In this document: piece after piece, positions 8,804-18,998 of the stretch
Layout: every line of letters begins with the position of its first letter
Position numbering within the stretch: position 1 is the first letter of the stretch
Source of the DNA: Ferruginibacter sp.
GTDB taxonomy: Bacteria > Bacteroidota > Bacteroidia > Chitinophagales > Chitinophagaceae
Direction of reading: 5' to 3'
Length of the DNA: 64,000 bases
NCBI GenBank assembly: GCA_044226725.1
Contig: JBGAGM010000002.1
Location: 115,819 to 179,818 of the forward strand
Made by a program: the position numbers and the translations under genes
Notes under the pieces: model-generated
Seen by the model: only the letters and a program-made list of their open reading frames with translations
Told to the model about the DNA's origin: nothing
Database searches by the model: none

Positions 8804-11239
8804 TTAGTATTTTATCATTTTAGTTACGAATGTATTACCTGATTCACTGGTAATTTTCACCATATAAACACCTGGCGCAAGGCTCAGGATACTTACATCC
8901 TGCTGGGTTTGTGAACTCTTTTGTTGTTTTACCAGCTGACCATTAGAAGCATACACTTCGATCAGGTTCTTACCAGCTTCCATACCCCTTATTGTGAAGA
9001 TATCGGAAGTTGGATTAGGGCCAACTGTGATACCACCACCATTTTTGCCGCAACTTGCAGTTTGAATATTGCTGTAGATGAAAGAACCATTTTTATCGAT
9101 CATCTTGAGGCGGAAATAGTAAGTAACACCAGGTTGCATAGAGAAACTGTACTGGTAAGTTTTTACAGTTGAACTGGTTCCGGCTGCAGATACCGTACTG
9201 GCAAGTCCGTAAACAGGATTTCCGCTTGTAGCAACTTCAATCTCAAACCTGTCACTGTTAGACTCTGAAGAGGTTTTCCAGTTCAGGCTGGCAGTACAGC
9301 TATTTTTAGTAACTACAAATTCTGACAATGTAATTGGTAAAGGCCCGCCACTGCTCCAAACCAGTCTGTATATTGCAGGGGTCGGGTCAACTTGACCGGC
9401 TGCATCTACATAAGCATAATTGAATCTCAGTCCGGTACCAGCCCATCCGGTAACAGGTAATACAACAGTTAACAGTGATGGGTTAAAATTAGGTATCACC
9501 TGGTTAAGGGTAATATCTACACCATTGTATTTAAGGGTGGCAGGTTGGTTATCTGAACCTACAAGTGCCAGGGAAGTGATTTTAACTGATTTACCGGTTA
9601 ACACACCTTCAGCAGGCTGATCTTCCGGATCTGTTCCGGTTAAAATAGGCAGGTTGCCAAATCTTTGACCACTTGGGGTTGTTAATGCAATTGACTCTCC
9701 AGGCAATGGTGTTGTGATCAGCGTTGTAAATGATTTTGAATCCGGCAAACGCTCAATTCCAAAATTAATGTCAGATTTTATCTCGCCGGCAGCCACCACA
9801 ATAGGAGCAGATATGCCATTTATAGTTCCATCACTGCCTGCGCCTGCGCCATTGAATTCTCCGGTATTGATCCAACCTGAAGGCAATGCTGTTGCAGGCT
9901 GAGGCTGACCAACCACACCCTGGTTAGTTGTAATCTGAACAGTATAGGTACCCACGGCAACATTATCAAAGAGGAATGTACCATTGGCTGCAACAGGCAT
10001 AGTTGCCACAACCACTCCGCCAGATACTAAATTGGCAAATATCAAACCACCTGCATTAGTTTTAGGATTATCAACAGGTCCTACAGAAGTGAGTGTTTTT
10101 GAAACATTGTTATCAGCCAATCCGTCAGCATCATTGTAAACATTACCAGTAATTACCTGGAATGCAGGCCTGTCGTAACTGGCTGCCACATACCAAATAT
10201 CACCTGTAAAAGGATCTCTCGGAGAACCGGGGCCCAACACCAGGCTGCCGGGCGCTGACCAGGCAAACTGTGACGCAGTGCCACCTTGTAAATAAACCCT
10301 GTAAACAAGGGTTTGCACAGTACCATTGATCCTGATACTACCGGTAGCAGCACCGAGATTGTTGATAAATTCTGTAGGGTCATTTATTGATCCGCCATTA
10401 GGGTTGGCGTCATTGTTATTTAAGATATTGTTTCCGGAAAGGGTCATGAACTGATTTCCGGACATTAAGGTAGATGTAAGACCGGGGGTAGCTAATTCAA
10501 GTTCAGTTGAAAAGAAAGTTGAAACATAGTTAGAAGGTATATTGGCAGCTCCGAATGGCAGGTACCTGTAAGAACCTCCTAAACCTGCAATATGAATAAC
10601 CGGGTTTTTAACTGGCTGATTAAAAGTTAAAACCAGGTCACCAAAATACACCCTTGAACCAATAGGATAAGCAGGGTTGTTATACAGAGCCTGGGCAGTT
10701 GTAAATACTTCAACAGCACCGTTCAGGTTATTATTGGAAGCATTGGCCACATTAATACCTGTACCTAACTGGGCACCTGTAGCTGTAGGGTTTGATGTAA
10801 ACATAGAATTGGTAGGTCCGCCGTTTCCACCATATTCACCAATGATGTTGTAACGACTGTATGGATTACCACCCTGAGGTGAAGGGTCTGTTACAAGTGA
10901 AGGTCCGATTCCAAATACCAAACCGGTTGTCTGTACAGTACTTACACCTGTTCCATTGTAATTGGCAGTACCATAGTTTAAGCCTGTAAACTGCTGATTG
11001 GCAAATGAAACAGAGAAAGTTGACTGTGGTACATAATTGGTGAACACATTGCTGTTTGCATTGTCGTTCTTAAATTCTGTAACAACAGGAGTTGTACTGG
11101 CACCAACACCATAATTTGAATTACCTAAGACGTTTGGAAGCCTCGGCATTTCAATGGTTGGGATCGACTGCGCAAAGAGTCCCTGAACGGCTAAAAGCGC
11201 CATCCCAACAAGCATCAGAGGTTTTAAAGTTTTTTTCAT
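8804..11239 (-). CDS. Large secreted surface protein with a T9SS C-terminal sorting domain
   Basis: Signal peptide MKKTLKPLMLVGMALLAVQGLFAQ; one SdrD-B-like module (ITGNVYNDADGLADNNV...YTVQI). The C-terminal CTD reads ITVGPNPTSDIFTIRG...GVYMVKITSESGNTFVTKMIKY. Confidence 0.75.
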   Translation of the reverse strand: MKKTLKPLMLVGMALLAVQGLFAQSIPTIEMPRLPNVLGNSNYGVGASTTPVVTEFKNDNANSNVFTNYVPQSTFSVSFANQQFTGLNYGTANYNGTGVSTVQTTGLVFGIGPSLVTDPSPQGGNPYSRYNIIGEYGGNGGPTNSMFTSNPTATGAQLGTGINVANASNNNLNGAVEVFTTAQALYNNPAYPIGSRVYFGDLVLTFNQPVKNPVIHIAGLGGSYRYLPFGAANIPSNYVSTFFSTELELATPGLTSTLMSGNQFMTLSGNNILNNNDANPNGGSINDPTEFINNLGAATGSIRINGTVQTLVYRVYLQGGTASQFAWSAPGSLVLGPGSPRDPFTGDIWYVAASYDRPAFQVITGNVYNDADGLADNNVSKTLTSVGPVDNPKTNAGGLIFANLVSGGVVVATMPVAANGTFLFDNVAVGTYTVQITTNQGVVGQPQPATALPSGWINTGEFNGAGAGSDGTINGISAPIVVAAGEIKSDINFGIERLPDSKSFTTLITTPLPGESIALTTPSGQRFGNLPILTGTDPEDQPAEGVLTGKSVKITSLALVGSDNQPATLKYNGVDITLNQVIPNFNPSLLTVVLPVTGWAGTGLRFNYAYVDAAGQVDPTPAIYRLVWSSGGPLPITLSEFVVTKNSCTASLNWKTSSESNSDRFEIEVATSGNPVYGLASTVSAAGTSSTVKTYQYSFSMQPGVTYYFRLKMIDKNGSFIYSNIQTASCGKNGGGITVGPNPTSDIFTIRGMEAGKNLIEVYASNGQLVKQQKSSQTQQDVSILSLAPGVYMVKITSESGNTFVTKMIKY

Positions 11240-11302
11240 TTTTTTTGTTTTTAGTGATAACCAAATTTTAATTCTATATAAATTGTAACAAGCTCAAGTT
11301 TA

Positions 11303-14300
11303 TTAACCAACAATCACCTCTCCGCTGCTAACCCTGATTCCAAAGTTTGCATCGAAAATATCGCTGGTTTCTGTATCGATAAATAATAATCCGTTAGGTA
11401 CGCCATCGCTTCCTGAAAGCGGCCCTGCTCCAAGGTTTTCACCCACACGCTGCCATCCTGAAGGCAGGAATGGAATTGGAGAAGCCTGGCCAGGGAATGC
11501 AACGATTGTACTTAACACAACCACATAAGAATGATTAACATCCACATTGAAGAAGTTGTACGTACCATCCTGGTTGATAGATTCTGCCTGTACAACCTGG
11601 TTTGTTGCCACATCAACAAGATAAATATTAAGCGAGTTAGGTATGGCCTGCACACCGGTTCTGTTGATCTGCAGGTCAGTTAAACCATTCGCATCATTCC
11701 AAACATTTCCATGAATATTAATAAGGCGATAGATACCTGCATCGATATTGCTTACATTTTCTCCTTCAGCAACATTGAAAGGAGTTGATTTACCGGTTGC
11801 ATCAGCTTTGCTGTTATCTGTTGCAGCTGCACCACCTACATTTTGCAATGTGAATGGAGCTGCAGGATCAGGTGTATTACTGAATACAGTGTAGTATCCG
11901 TTACCGGCAGCAACATTGCTTATCAGGTAATAGCCGTTACCATCGGTTACAGCAGAACCTGCGGGCTGATTGGCAGCATTGTATAATGTTACCAGTACAC
12001 CTGGTACACCTGGCTCATCAGCATCCTGGATACCATCCCTGTTCAGATCGAACCAAACATAATCTCCCACAGTAGCTGGTACAAGTGGCTTCAAACCTGC
12101 ATCCACAGTCAGGTTAACCTGTCCGGCAACAAGGGAATAAGAACCTGTTTTGCCGGTTGCAGGATCCACATCACTATCTGCAGCATCACCTGCTGATACC
12201 ACATCTTTAGTTGTGAATACCAGTTTACCAGGAGTTGTTCCAAAACCAACTGTATAAGTACCTGCATTCAGGTTGCTGAAGAAGTACCTTCCGTTCTGAT
12301 CAGTAACTGCTGAAGTAACAGCAACATTGGCTGCATCATACAGTGTTACAGTGATACCCGGAATTCCTTTCTCAGCAGCATCCTGTGTTCCGTTGCTGTT
12401 TGCATCAAACCATACATAATCACCCAGGGCTGCTCTTGTTGAGTAAATACCTGCATCTACGGTAAGGTTTGTGTTTCCGCCTGAAATAGTGTATGTACCG
12501 GTAGTTCCTGTTGCAGGATCTGCATCACTATCTGTATTGTCGTTGCCACCAGCATCTTTTGCTGAGAATGTAAATCCTGCGGGCAGGTTGCTGAATTTAA
12601 CAGTATAAGAACCATCAGCAACATTCACAAAACGGTAATTACCATTGCCGTCTGTTACTGTTGTTGCCACAACTGTGTTTGAAGCATTGATCAATGTAAC
12701 CGTTACACCAGGCACACCTTGTTCTGTTGCATCCTGTACACCGTTGTTATTAGAATCGAACCACACAAAATCACCGATCTGGCCCAGTGGAGCAGTTGGG
12801 TTGAATAAGCCAAAATCTATATCCAGGCGTTCTTCTCCGGCTGCCAAACTCACTACATCTGTTGTTGATGTACCGGCAGCGATCGGGTTACCATCACTAT
12901 CTATATCCCTGTTGGTTCCTGCCGCTTTTGGTGAAGCATTGTAACCGGCAGGCAATGTGCTGAATCGTACTTTATAATCGCCTGCTGCCAACCCTGTGAA
13001 CAGGTATTCGCCCAAAGCATTGGTAACAGTTGTGGTAGGTTGCACACCAGCAGTATTTGGATCCTTATCGATCGGGTTGCCTGCGGCATCCAGTAATTCA
13101 ACTGTTACTCCTTGTATTCCCGGCTCAATAGCATCCTGTAATCCATTGTTATTTAAATCGGCCCAAACCCTGTTTCCGATTGATCCGGTTCCTGCCATTG
13201 AAGAGCGGATACCAGCATCAACATCCAGGTTTATCTGCCCTGCTGCCAAAGCAATGGTTGCAGTTTTGCCGGTTGCAGGGTTTGCATCGCTGCCATTTGC
13301 AGCCGTACCCAATCCCTGTGTAGTGAAAGTATATCCTGCAGGCAGGTTGCTAAAGCCTACTGTATAATTACCTGCAGCCAGGTCTGTGAACAGGTAGTTG
13401 CCATTAGCATCTGTTACAGCCATTTTAATAGCAGTATTTGCAGCATCATATAAGGTCACCGTTACGCCCTGTACACTGGCTTCTGTTGCATCCTGGATAC
13501 CATTTTGATTAGCATCCAGCCATACACGGTCACCAATTTTTCCGGTTCCGGGAGGAGTGGTTAACCAGTATCCTGCATCCACGGTGGTTATACGCTGACC
13601 AGCGGCCAGAGCAAATGTTGCAGTTCTTGAGTTTACCGGATCAACATCACTGTCAACACCGGAAGCTGTTACATTACTGTTCAGCTTGGTGGTGGTGGTA
13701 TAACCAGCAGGAGTTACAAATTCAACTTTGTAGTTTCCGGCCGGAAGATCATTGAAGATATACTTACCGTTGATATCGGTTGTTGTTGTTGCTATAACAG
13801 CATTGGTAGTTCCATCCAGCAACCTTACAGTTACACCGGCAATGCCCGGCTCTCCTGGTTCCTGGAATCCATTTTTATTAATATCATTCCATACATAATC
13901 ACCCACACTGCCATTTGCAGAATTTTGCGCTTTGATACCTCCATCAACATACGTGATCTGGTCGCCTGCATTTACAGTAAATGCTGCAGTTCTGCCGGTA
14001 GCAGGTACAATATCACTGTTGGTTGCGCCACTCACCGCTCCGCTGTTGGTGGTAAATACGAAAGCCGGTGGCAAGCTTACACCCACTGTGTAAGAACCTG
14101 GTGTTACATCTGTAAACAGGTAGTTACCATTTACATCAGTATAGGTGCTGCGAACAGCCACATTACTGCTGTTGTATAAGGTTACCAGCACATTGGAAAC
14201 ACCTGGCTCGCCTGCGTCCTGGTTGCCATTAGCATTGGCATCATACCAAACCCTGTCGCCAACGCTGGCAGTTGAAGGTTGTGTAAATTTAAGACCGGCA

Positions 14301-17300
14301 TCAATATCCGTACGGTTTTGGCCCGCAGCTAATGTTACCGTTCCGGTTGTATAAGTTATTGGATCGAAGTCACTGTCTAAATTAGTATCAGCACCCTGCG
14401 TTTTAGCTGATAAAGTATAATTTGAAGGAGGAGTTACCCTTACAGAATAGTTTCCTGCAGGTAATCCGCTGAATTTATAATTTCCGAATGCATCTGTTGT
14501 AGTGGTTGCAATTGGCTGACCGGCTGAGTTTAATAAAACCAGTGTAACACCTGCCACTCCTACTTCTCCCGCATCCTGGATACCATCACCATCTGTGTCG
14601 TTCCAAACCCTGTCGCCGATTGAACCTAAAGGAACAGCCGTTACAACCAGGCAGAATGCATCTATCTTCATGGTGTTGCATGTGATGGAGCTTTGTACAC
14701 GCACTTTAGCAGTTCCGGCAGGAACAACAGCGCTGATAGAATATTGCTCAAGCTGGCTGTAGTTAATATCAACATCCCTGGTCACTGTTACATCTGTCTG
14801 GCTGATAACCACATTAGAAGCATTTAAGAAAATCAGGCTCAGTTTCGGGCTGCAGCTGATACCTGGTGTATGAGTTCCGGCAAAGGCTTTGAAATCAACT
14901 GTTGATCCGACAGCCACATTAGAAACATCCTGCCAAACTTTAGCAGTACCCGTACTCCAGTTATTGAAACCATTGGCAGCTCCGCAGGCTATATAACCTG
15001 TTCCGGTAGTCAGACTGCCGCCGCTCCAGCTCCAGCCGGTTGTTCCGTTTTCAAAACTTGGATTAACCAGTAAATTAGATGCTGAATTCGGGCAAGAACA
15101 ATCTGGCAGTAAGCCAAAGTCATAAGTATTGTTGGTGCTTCCGCCAGGTTCTGTGCCGGAAGCTAATGTGATAGCAAGGCCCCTTACTTCATTACCGCTC
15201 ACAACCTGGCCATTATCATCAAGGTCAATATTATTATCGGGATCGCCGCCATTAACGCTGCTGCTCATATAGCCATTAGGCACAACAACACCAACGATAT
15301 AATTGCCGGGAACCAGGTTAGTAAATGAGTAATTACCATTTACATCAGTAGTAGTGGTTGCTATAGCCGCTCCATCCGCCACATTATCATTATTAGCATC
15401 TGCATATAATTTTACAGAAACATTCCTGATACCATTTTCTGAAGCATCATTCAGACCATTATTATTTGCATCGTACCAAACCCTGTTTCCAAGTGTTAAA
15501 AGCTGGCAAGACTGAATATTAACAGTAGCAACTGAAGTATCATTCGGGCAGGGAGCTGTTCCGGCCTTCACATACCTGAAAGTAGAATTGGTAGCGCCTA
15601 CTGCTGGCAAGAATGTACCCGCAGCTGCATTAAAAGTACCGCCGGTACCGGTCACCCTTGACCAGGTACCCCCGCTTTGTTCACCACTGATCAGGTTGTA
15701 TAAGTTAACTGCTGTGGCTAAAGTATCACAAACAGTTGTGCTTCCATCGGCACCTGCATTTGCCTGCGGGTTGATAACCACAGTAGCAATTGAGGTATCA
15801 TTGGCACATACAGTTGTACCGGTTACCACATAACGGAAGGTTGAAGTGGTAGCGCCGGCTGCAGGAGTAAATGTTCCTGAAGCGGCAACGAACGTACCAC
15901 CGGTTCCTGATACCCTCGACCAGGTACCTCCGCTTTGTTCACCGGTTATAATATTAAATAAGTTGATTGCAGTGGTTGAATTATCACACACGGTTGTGCT
16001 TCCATCAGTTCCTGCATTAATATTACATCCTGGTGTGGCAGTTAAGCAGAATGCATCAATTTTCAAAGTATTGCAGGTAATTGAGTTTTGTACTCTGACC
16101 TTTGCAGTACCGGCAGGTGCCACCGCTGTAATAGTATATAATTCCAGCTTGCTGTTATTTACATCCACATCCCTGGTAACTGTAACGTTTGTTTGAGTAA
16201 GAACTGCATTTGAACTATTCAGGAAGATCAGGCTAAGCATCGGGCTGCAACTGATACCCGGTGTATGGGTACCTGCATAACCTTTGAAAGTTACAGTAGA
16301 ACCCGGTGTCATGGTCACATCCTGCCATACCTTTGAAGTACCGGAACTCCAGTTATTGAACCCGTTGGCAGCACCGCAGGTTACATAACCAGTTCCCGTG
16401 GTTAAACTACCGCCGCTCCAGCTCCAGCCTGTTGTTCCATTCTCGAAGCTTGGATTGACAAGCAAATTACTGGTTGATGTAACACAGCTACAGTCAGGAT
16501 TGGTTACATAGAAAGTTATGGTAGTATCATGACACAGATTACCAGCACCCCCTGATTCACTATATGTTTTCAGATTTACCGTGTAAGTACCTACTGCGCC
16601 AGTCCAGGCGCCACCACCGGTAGCAGGACTATTATAAGGAGAAAAATTTTCAATATTTGAAGTGGCTGAAGGACCAGAAATGGTGAATTTAACACTTCCG
16701 ATTGTTCCGCTTGTAGCAGCTTCCAGGTTATACAATAACCCTAACTGGTTAACTGTAAAACTGGCTCCGTTGGTAATTGGTAAATCTGTTCCGCCATTTA
16801 ATTCATTAAAATACAAACCAGTTACACGGCCTCCGGAACAAGGAACATTTTTACACTCCCATTTAATCGCATCCTGATAGGCTCCATTTATTGATTTATA
16901 AAATTTTATCAGTGATTCTGTTCCGTTAGCTGCAGGTACTGCCGAAACAGCAGCCTGGGCAATCGTATTATTGACACCCCCTGTACCACATATGTACCAG
17001 ATTGCATTGGCAACGTCAGCAGCATTATAAGCATAGTTACAAACGATCCAGTTGAGGCGGCATGCCTGCAAAGCTGTTAAACCCACACCTGTATAGTCAG
17101 TTATATTGTATTTGTTACTGGCAGGAGGCGTGGAAAGATTCCCGTCAATACAATGCCACCTTCCGATTTGAGTAATGGTGCAGCTGGATGTGATTTCGAA
17201 ACCACATGGACGCCAGTCACTAAAGCTTGAATATCCTTTGCCCGACTCTGCATTTGTTATACTTCTCGCTGTACCTGCACAATCAGTATAACCTATTGTT

Positions 17301-17779
17301 GAACAAGTCACATTGGTTGGAGTAGGATCTTGAAAGCCATTGATCGCAGTTACTGTTGAATTTTTGAGTGAAACAGGAGAACTGAATTCACTACTTCTAT
17401 TATCAGCTGTTCTGATTACCCTCAGGTTATAATAATTGCCGATTTTAGCATTTTTAAGCGTTAATACACCTTTTACCGCAGTCAGTTCTTCCGAAACAAA
17501 CTTATTCCCATCGGTAAGAAAATCGTAGGAAATGCGATAATGAGATGGTGCAGCATTCAAATCATTGATGGTAACTTGAATTTTGCCATCAATAGCACCA
17601 CTGTATGTTTCATTAATTACATCAATTTTTGAGATGCTGATCGCACCGGATGTAACAGACTGGGCTACTGAGGGGAAACTGCATAACGTAAGGAAAAGCA
17701 GGAATGCTGTTCCAAAACATTTTGCCAAAAATGAATTTTTCAAAGAGTTAATTTTTCTGATAACCAATGCTTGTGTCAT
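11303..17779 (-). CDS. Giant (about 2158 aa) repetitive adhesin-like protein with roughly 10 SdrD B-like repeats, two CBM-like modules and Ig-like modules
   Basis: Probable start is the ATG at 17779 (MTQALVIRK...FPSVAQS signal) rather than the track start at 17833. About ten (I/V)GD(R/Y/F)VWxDxNxNGxQD repeats are present. A duplicated NLLVNPSFENGTTGWSWSGGS module resembles a CBM4/9-type sugar-binding domain. I could not recognise a T9SS CTD at the C-terminus. Confidence 0.8.
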   Translation of the reverse strand: MTQALVIRKINSLKNSFLAKCFGTAFLLFLTLCSFPSVAQSVTSGAISISKIDVINETYSGAIDGKIQVTINDLNAAPSHYRISYDFLTDGNKFVSEELTAVKGVLTLKNAKIGNYYNLRVIRTADNRSSEFSSPVSLKNSTVTAINGFQDPTPTNVTCSTIGYTDCAGTARSITNAESGKGYSSFSDWRPCGFEITSSCTITQIGRWHCIDGNLSTPPASNKYNITDYTGVGLTALQACRLNWIVCNYAYNAADVANAIWYICGTGGVNNTIAQAAVSAVPAANGTESLIKFYKSINGAYQDAIKWECKNVPCSGGRVTGLYFNELNGGTDLPITNGASFTVNQLGLLYNLEAATSGTIGSVKFTISGPSATSNIENFSPYNSPATGGGAWTGAVGTYTVNLKTYSESGGAGNLCHDTTITFYVTNPDCSCVTSTSNLLVNPSFENGTTGWSWSGGSLTTGTGYVTCGAANGFNNWSSGTSKVWQDVTMTPGSTVTFKGYAGTHTPGISCSPMLSLIFLNSSNAVLTQTNVTVTRDVDVNNSKLELYTITAVAPAGTAKVRVQNSITCNTLKIDAFCLTATPGCNINAGTDGSTTVCDNSTTAINLFNIITGEQSGGTWSRVSGTGGTFVAASGTFTPAAGATTSTFRYVVTGTTVCANDTSIATVVINPQANAGADGSTTVCDTLATAVNLYNLISGEQSGGTWSRVTGTGGTFNAAAGTFLPAVGATNSTFRYVKAGTAPCPNDTSVATVNIQSCQLLTLGNRVWYDANNNGLNDASENGIRNVSVKLYADANNDNVADGAAIATTTTDVNGNYSFTNLVPGNYIVGVVVPNGYMSSSVNGGDPDNNIDLDDNGQVVSGNEVRGLAITLASGTEPGGSTNNTYDFGLLPDCSCPNSASNLLVNPSFENGTTGWSWSGGSLTTGTGYIACGAANGFNNWSTGTAKVWQDVSNVAVGSTVDFKAFAGTHTPGISCSPKLSLIFLNASNVVISQTDVTVTRDVDINYSQLEQYSISAVVPAGTAKVRVQSSITCNTMKIDAFCLVVTAVPLGSIGDRVWNDTDGDGIQDAGEVGVAGVTLVLLNSAGQPIATTTTDAFGNYKFSGLPAGNYSVRVTPPSNYTLSAKTQGADTNLDSDFDPITYTTGTVTLAAGQNRTDIDAGLKFTQPSTASVGDRVWYDANANGNQDAGEPGVSNVLVTLYNSSNVAVRSTYTDVNGNYLFTDVTPGSYTVGVSLPPAFVFTTNSGAVSGATNSDIVPATGRTAAFTVNAGDQITYVDGGIKAQNSANGSVGDYVWNDINKNGFQEPGEPGIAGVTVRLLDGTTNAVIATTTTDINGKYIFNDLPAGNYKVEFVTPAGYTTTTKLNSNVTASGVDSDVDPVNSRTATFALAAGQRITTVDAGYWLTTPPGTGKIGDRVWLDANQNGIQDATEASVQGVTVTLYDAANTAIKMAVTDANGNYLFTDLAAGNYTVGFSNLPAGYTFTTQGLGTAANGSDANPATGKTATIALAAGQINLDVDAGIRSSMAGTGSIGNRVWADLNNNGLQDAIEPGIQGVTVELLDAAGNPIDKDPNTAGVQPTTTVTNALGEYLFTGLAAGDYKVRFSTLPAGYNASPKAAGTNRDIDSDGNPIAAGTSTTDVVSLAAGEERLDIDFGLFNPTAPLGQIGDFVWFDSNNNGVQDATEQGVPGVTVTLINASNTVVATTVTDGNGNYRFVNVADGSYTVKFSNLPAGFTFSAKDAGGNDNTDSDADPATGTTGTYTISGGNTNLTVDAGIYSTRAALGDYVWFDANSNGTQDAAEKGIPGITVTLYDAANVAVTSAVTDQNGRYFFSNLNAGTYTVGFGTTPGKLVFTTKDVVSAGDAADSDVDPATGKTGSYSLVAGQVNLTVDAGLKPLVPATVGDYVWFDLNRDGIQDADEPGVPGVLVTLYNAANQPAGSAVTDGNGYYLISNVAAGNGYYTVFSNTPDPAAPFTLQNVGGAAATDNSKADATGKSTPFNVAEGENVSNIDAGIYRLINIHGNVWNDANGLTDLQINRTGVQAIPNSLNIYLVDVATNQVVQAESINQDGTYNFFNVDVNHSYVVVLSTIVAFPGQASPIPFLPSGWQRVGENLGAGPLSGSDGVPNGLLFIDTETSDIFDANFGIRVSSGEVIVG
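14651..15100 (-). repeat. Intragenic repeat, copy 2 of a roughly 150-aa CBM-like module
   Basis: CSCPNSASNLLVNPSFENGTTGWSWSGGSLTTGTGYIACGAANGFNNW...KIDAFCL is highly similar to the copy at 16047..16492. Confidence 0.85.
15506..16030 (-). repeat. Two tandem modules of about 87 aa (GxDGSTTVCD...GEQSGGTWSRV(S/T)GTGGTF...STFRYV)
   Basis: The adjacent units 15766..16030 and 15506..15765 are clearly alignable residue by residue in the supplied translation. Confidence 0.8.
16047..16492 (-). repeat. Intragenic repeat, copy 1 of a roughly 150-aa CBM-like module
   Basis: CSCVTSTSNLLVNPSFENGTTGWSWSGGSLTTGTGYVTCGAANGFNNW...KIDAFCL; see copy 2 at 14651..15100. Confidence 0.85.
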
Positions 17780-18027
17780 GATCTTAACATGTTTAATAGT
17801 TACAATAACCTGCGTGCATGCACATACGCACACGGGGAATTAATACATGTTCCGATGGGGGGTGGTTGGAAATTCAGGAATATTAAAAATCAGGGTGGTC
17901 TTTGTGATAGGATGTCAAAATCCTATAGATGGGATATGTGGTAAAATGGTAAAGCGGAAACAAAAATATAACAAATTCCAAATAAACCAAATTTTTTTCA
18001 GTTTATTTTTAATACATAAAATTATAT

Positions 18028-18705
18028 TCAGGCAATCTTCTTTTTGGCAATGCCAAGTGCCAGTTCCAATTGCTCTTCGATGCTGATATTCGAATTATCC
18101 AGTTCAATGGCATCAGCTGCTTTTCGCAACGGGCTAATTTCCCTGTTGGAATCAATATAGTCACGCATTTCAAGATTTGCCTTCACATCCTCAATGGATA
18201 CGTTTGGATTTTTCTCAAACATTTCCATATATCTTCTCTCTACCCGTACAGCTATATCGGCTGTCATAAAGAATTTAAGCTCTGCATCAGGAAAAACAGT
18301 AGTCCCAATATCACGGCCATCCATCACAATCCCTTTTTTTTCTCCCATTTTTTGCTGCTGGGCAACTGCAAAATCCCTTACTTCCCTGATGGCGGCAATG
18401 TCACTTACTTTTTCGGCAACTACCAGGTCACGAATTACATACTCCACATTTTCTTCATTCAAATATATTTCCGACTGCTCGGATTTATTATTGAATTTAA
18501 ATGCCAGCGTAATTTCAGCCAATGCTGCATTTACCTGCGCCGGGTCAAGCCAGTTGATATGGTTTCTTAAAAAGTAGAGTGTTATAGCCCGGTACATGGC
18601 CCCGCTGTCTATAAATATGTAACCCAGTTCCTTTGCCAGCTGTTTAGCCAGAGTGCTTTTGCCGCAGCTGGACCATCCATCGATCGTAATGATAATTCGT
18701 TTCAT
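18028..18705 (-). CDS. cmk: Cytidylate kinase
   Basis: The likely start is the ATG at 18705 (MKRIIITIDGWSSCGKSTLAKQLAKELGYIFIDSGAMYRA), which carries the P-loop and the Cmk signature. The track ORF extends upstream to 18762. Confidence 0.85.
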   Translation of the reverse strand: MKRIIITIDGWSSCGKSTLAKQLAKELGYIFIDSGAMYRAITLYFLRNHINWLDPAQVNAALAEITLAFKFNNKSEQSEIYLNEENVEYVIRDLVVAEKVSDIAAIREVRDFAVAQQQKMGEKKGIVMDGRDIGTTVFPDAELKFFMTADIAVRVERRYMEMFEKNPNVSIEDVKANLEMRDYIDSNREISPLRKAADAIELDNSNISIEEQLELALGIAKKKIA

Positions 18706-18826
18706 TGTTGCAAAAATCATCAAAACTGAACAATAATAAAAATGAAAGGTTATAAAAAGCACATTTCTCCGGTATTAGAAACATTTTTGCCGGTGGTTAC
18801 GGGGTAACAGACCAGGTACCGGAAAC

Positions 18827-18881
18827 TTATAGAAGACTTATAGAAGACTTATAGAAGACATATAGAAGAGTTATAGAAGAG
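18827..18881. repeat. Five tandem 11-bp repeats (ttatagaagac x3, atatagaagag, ttatagaagag)
   Basis: Read directly from the sequence, in the clpC-cmk intergenic region about 120 nt upstream of the cmk start. Confidence 0.9.
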
Positions 18882-18946
18882 TAGCTCCATAGTAACCCGG
18901 TGATAATTCCATGCTAACTTTATATCAACTGGCTGCCAAAACCTAA

Positions 18947-18974
18947 AGAGCCACCCGGTAAACCAGGTGGCTCT
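18947..18974 (-). terminator. Rho-independent terminator after clpC
   Basis: 9-bp stem agagccacc/ggtggctct with a 10-nt loop. On the minus strand it is followed by ttt, and it lies 25 nt past the clpC stop. Confidence 0.7.
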
Positions 18975-18998
18975 TTACATAAGAATTAATAAAATATT

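Noticed and set aside
12645-16877. Plus-strand ORFs inside the giant adhesin gene
   Set aside because: These are antisense frames of a repetitive Gly/Thr/Asn-rich gene. The open frames arise from codon bias.
18827-18881. Tandem repeat considered as a possible CRISPR array
   Set aside because: The units are 11 bp and directly adjacent with no spacers, and there are no cas genes.
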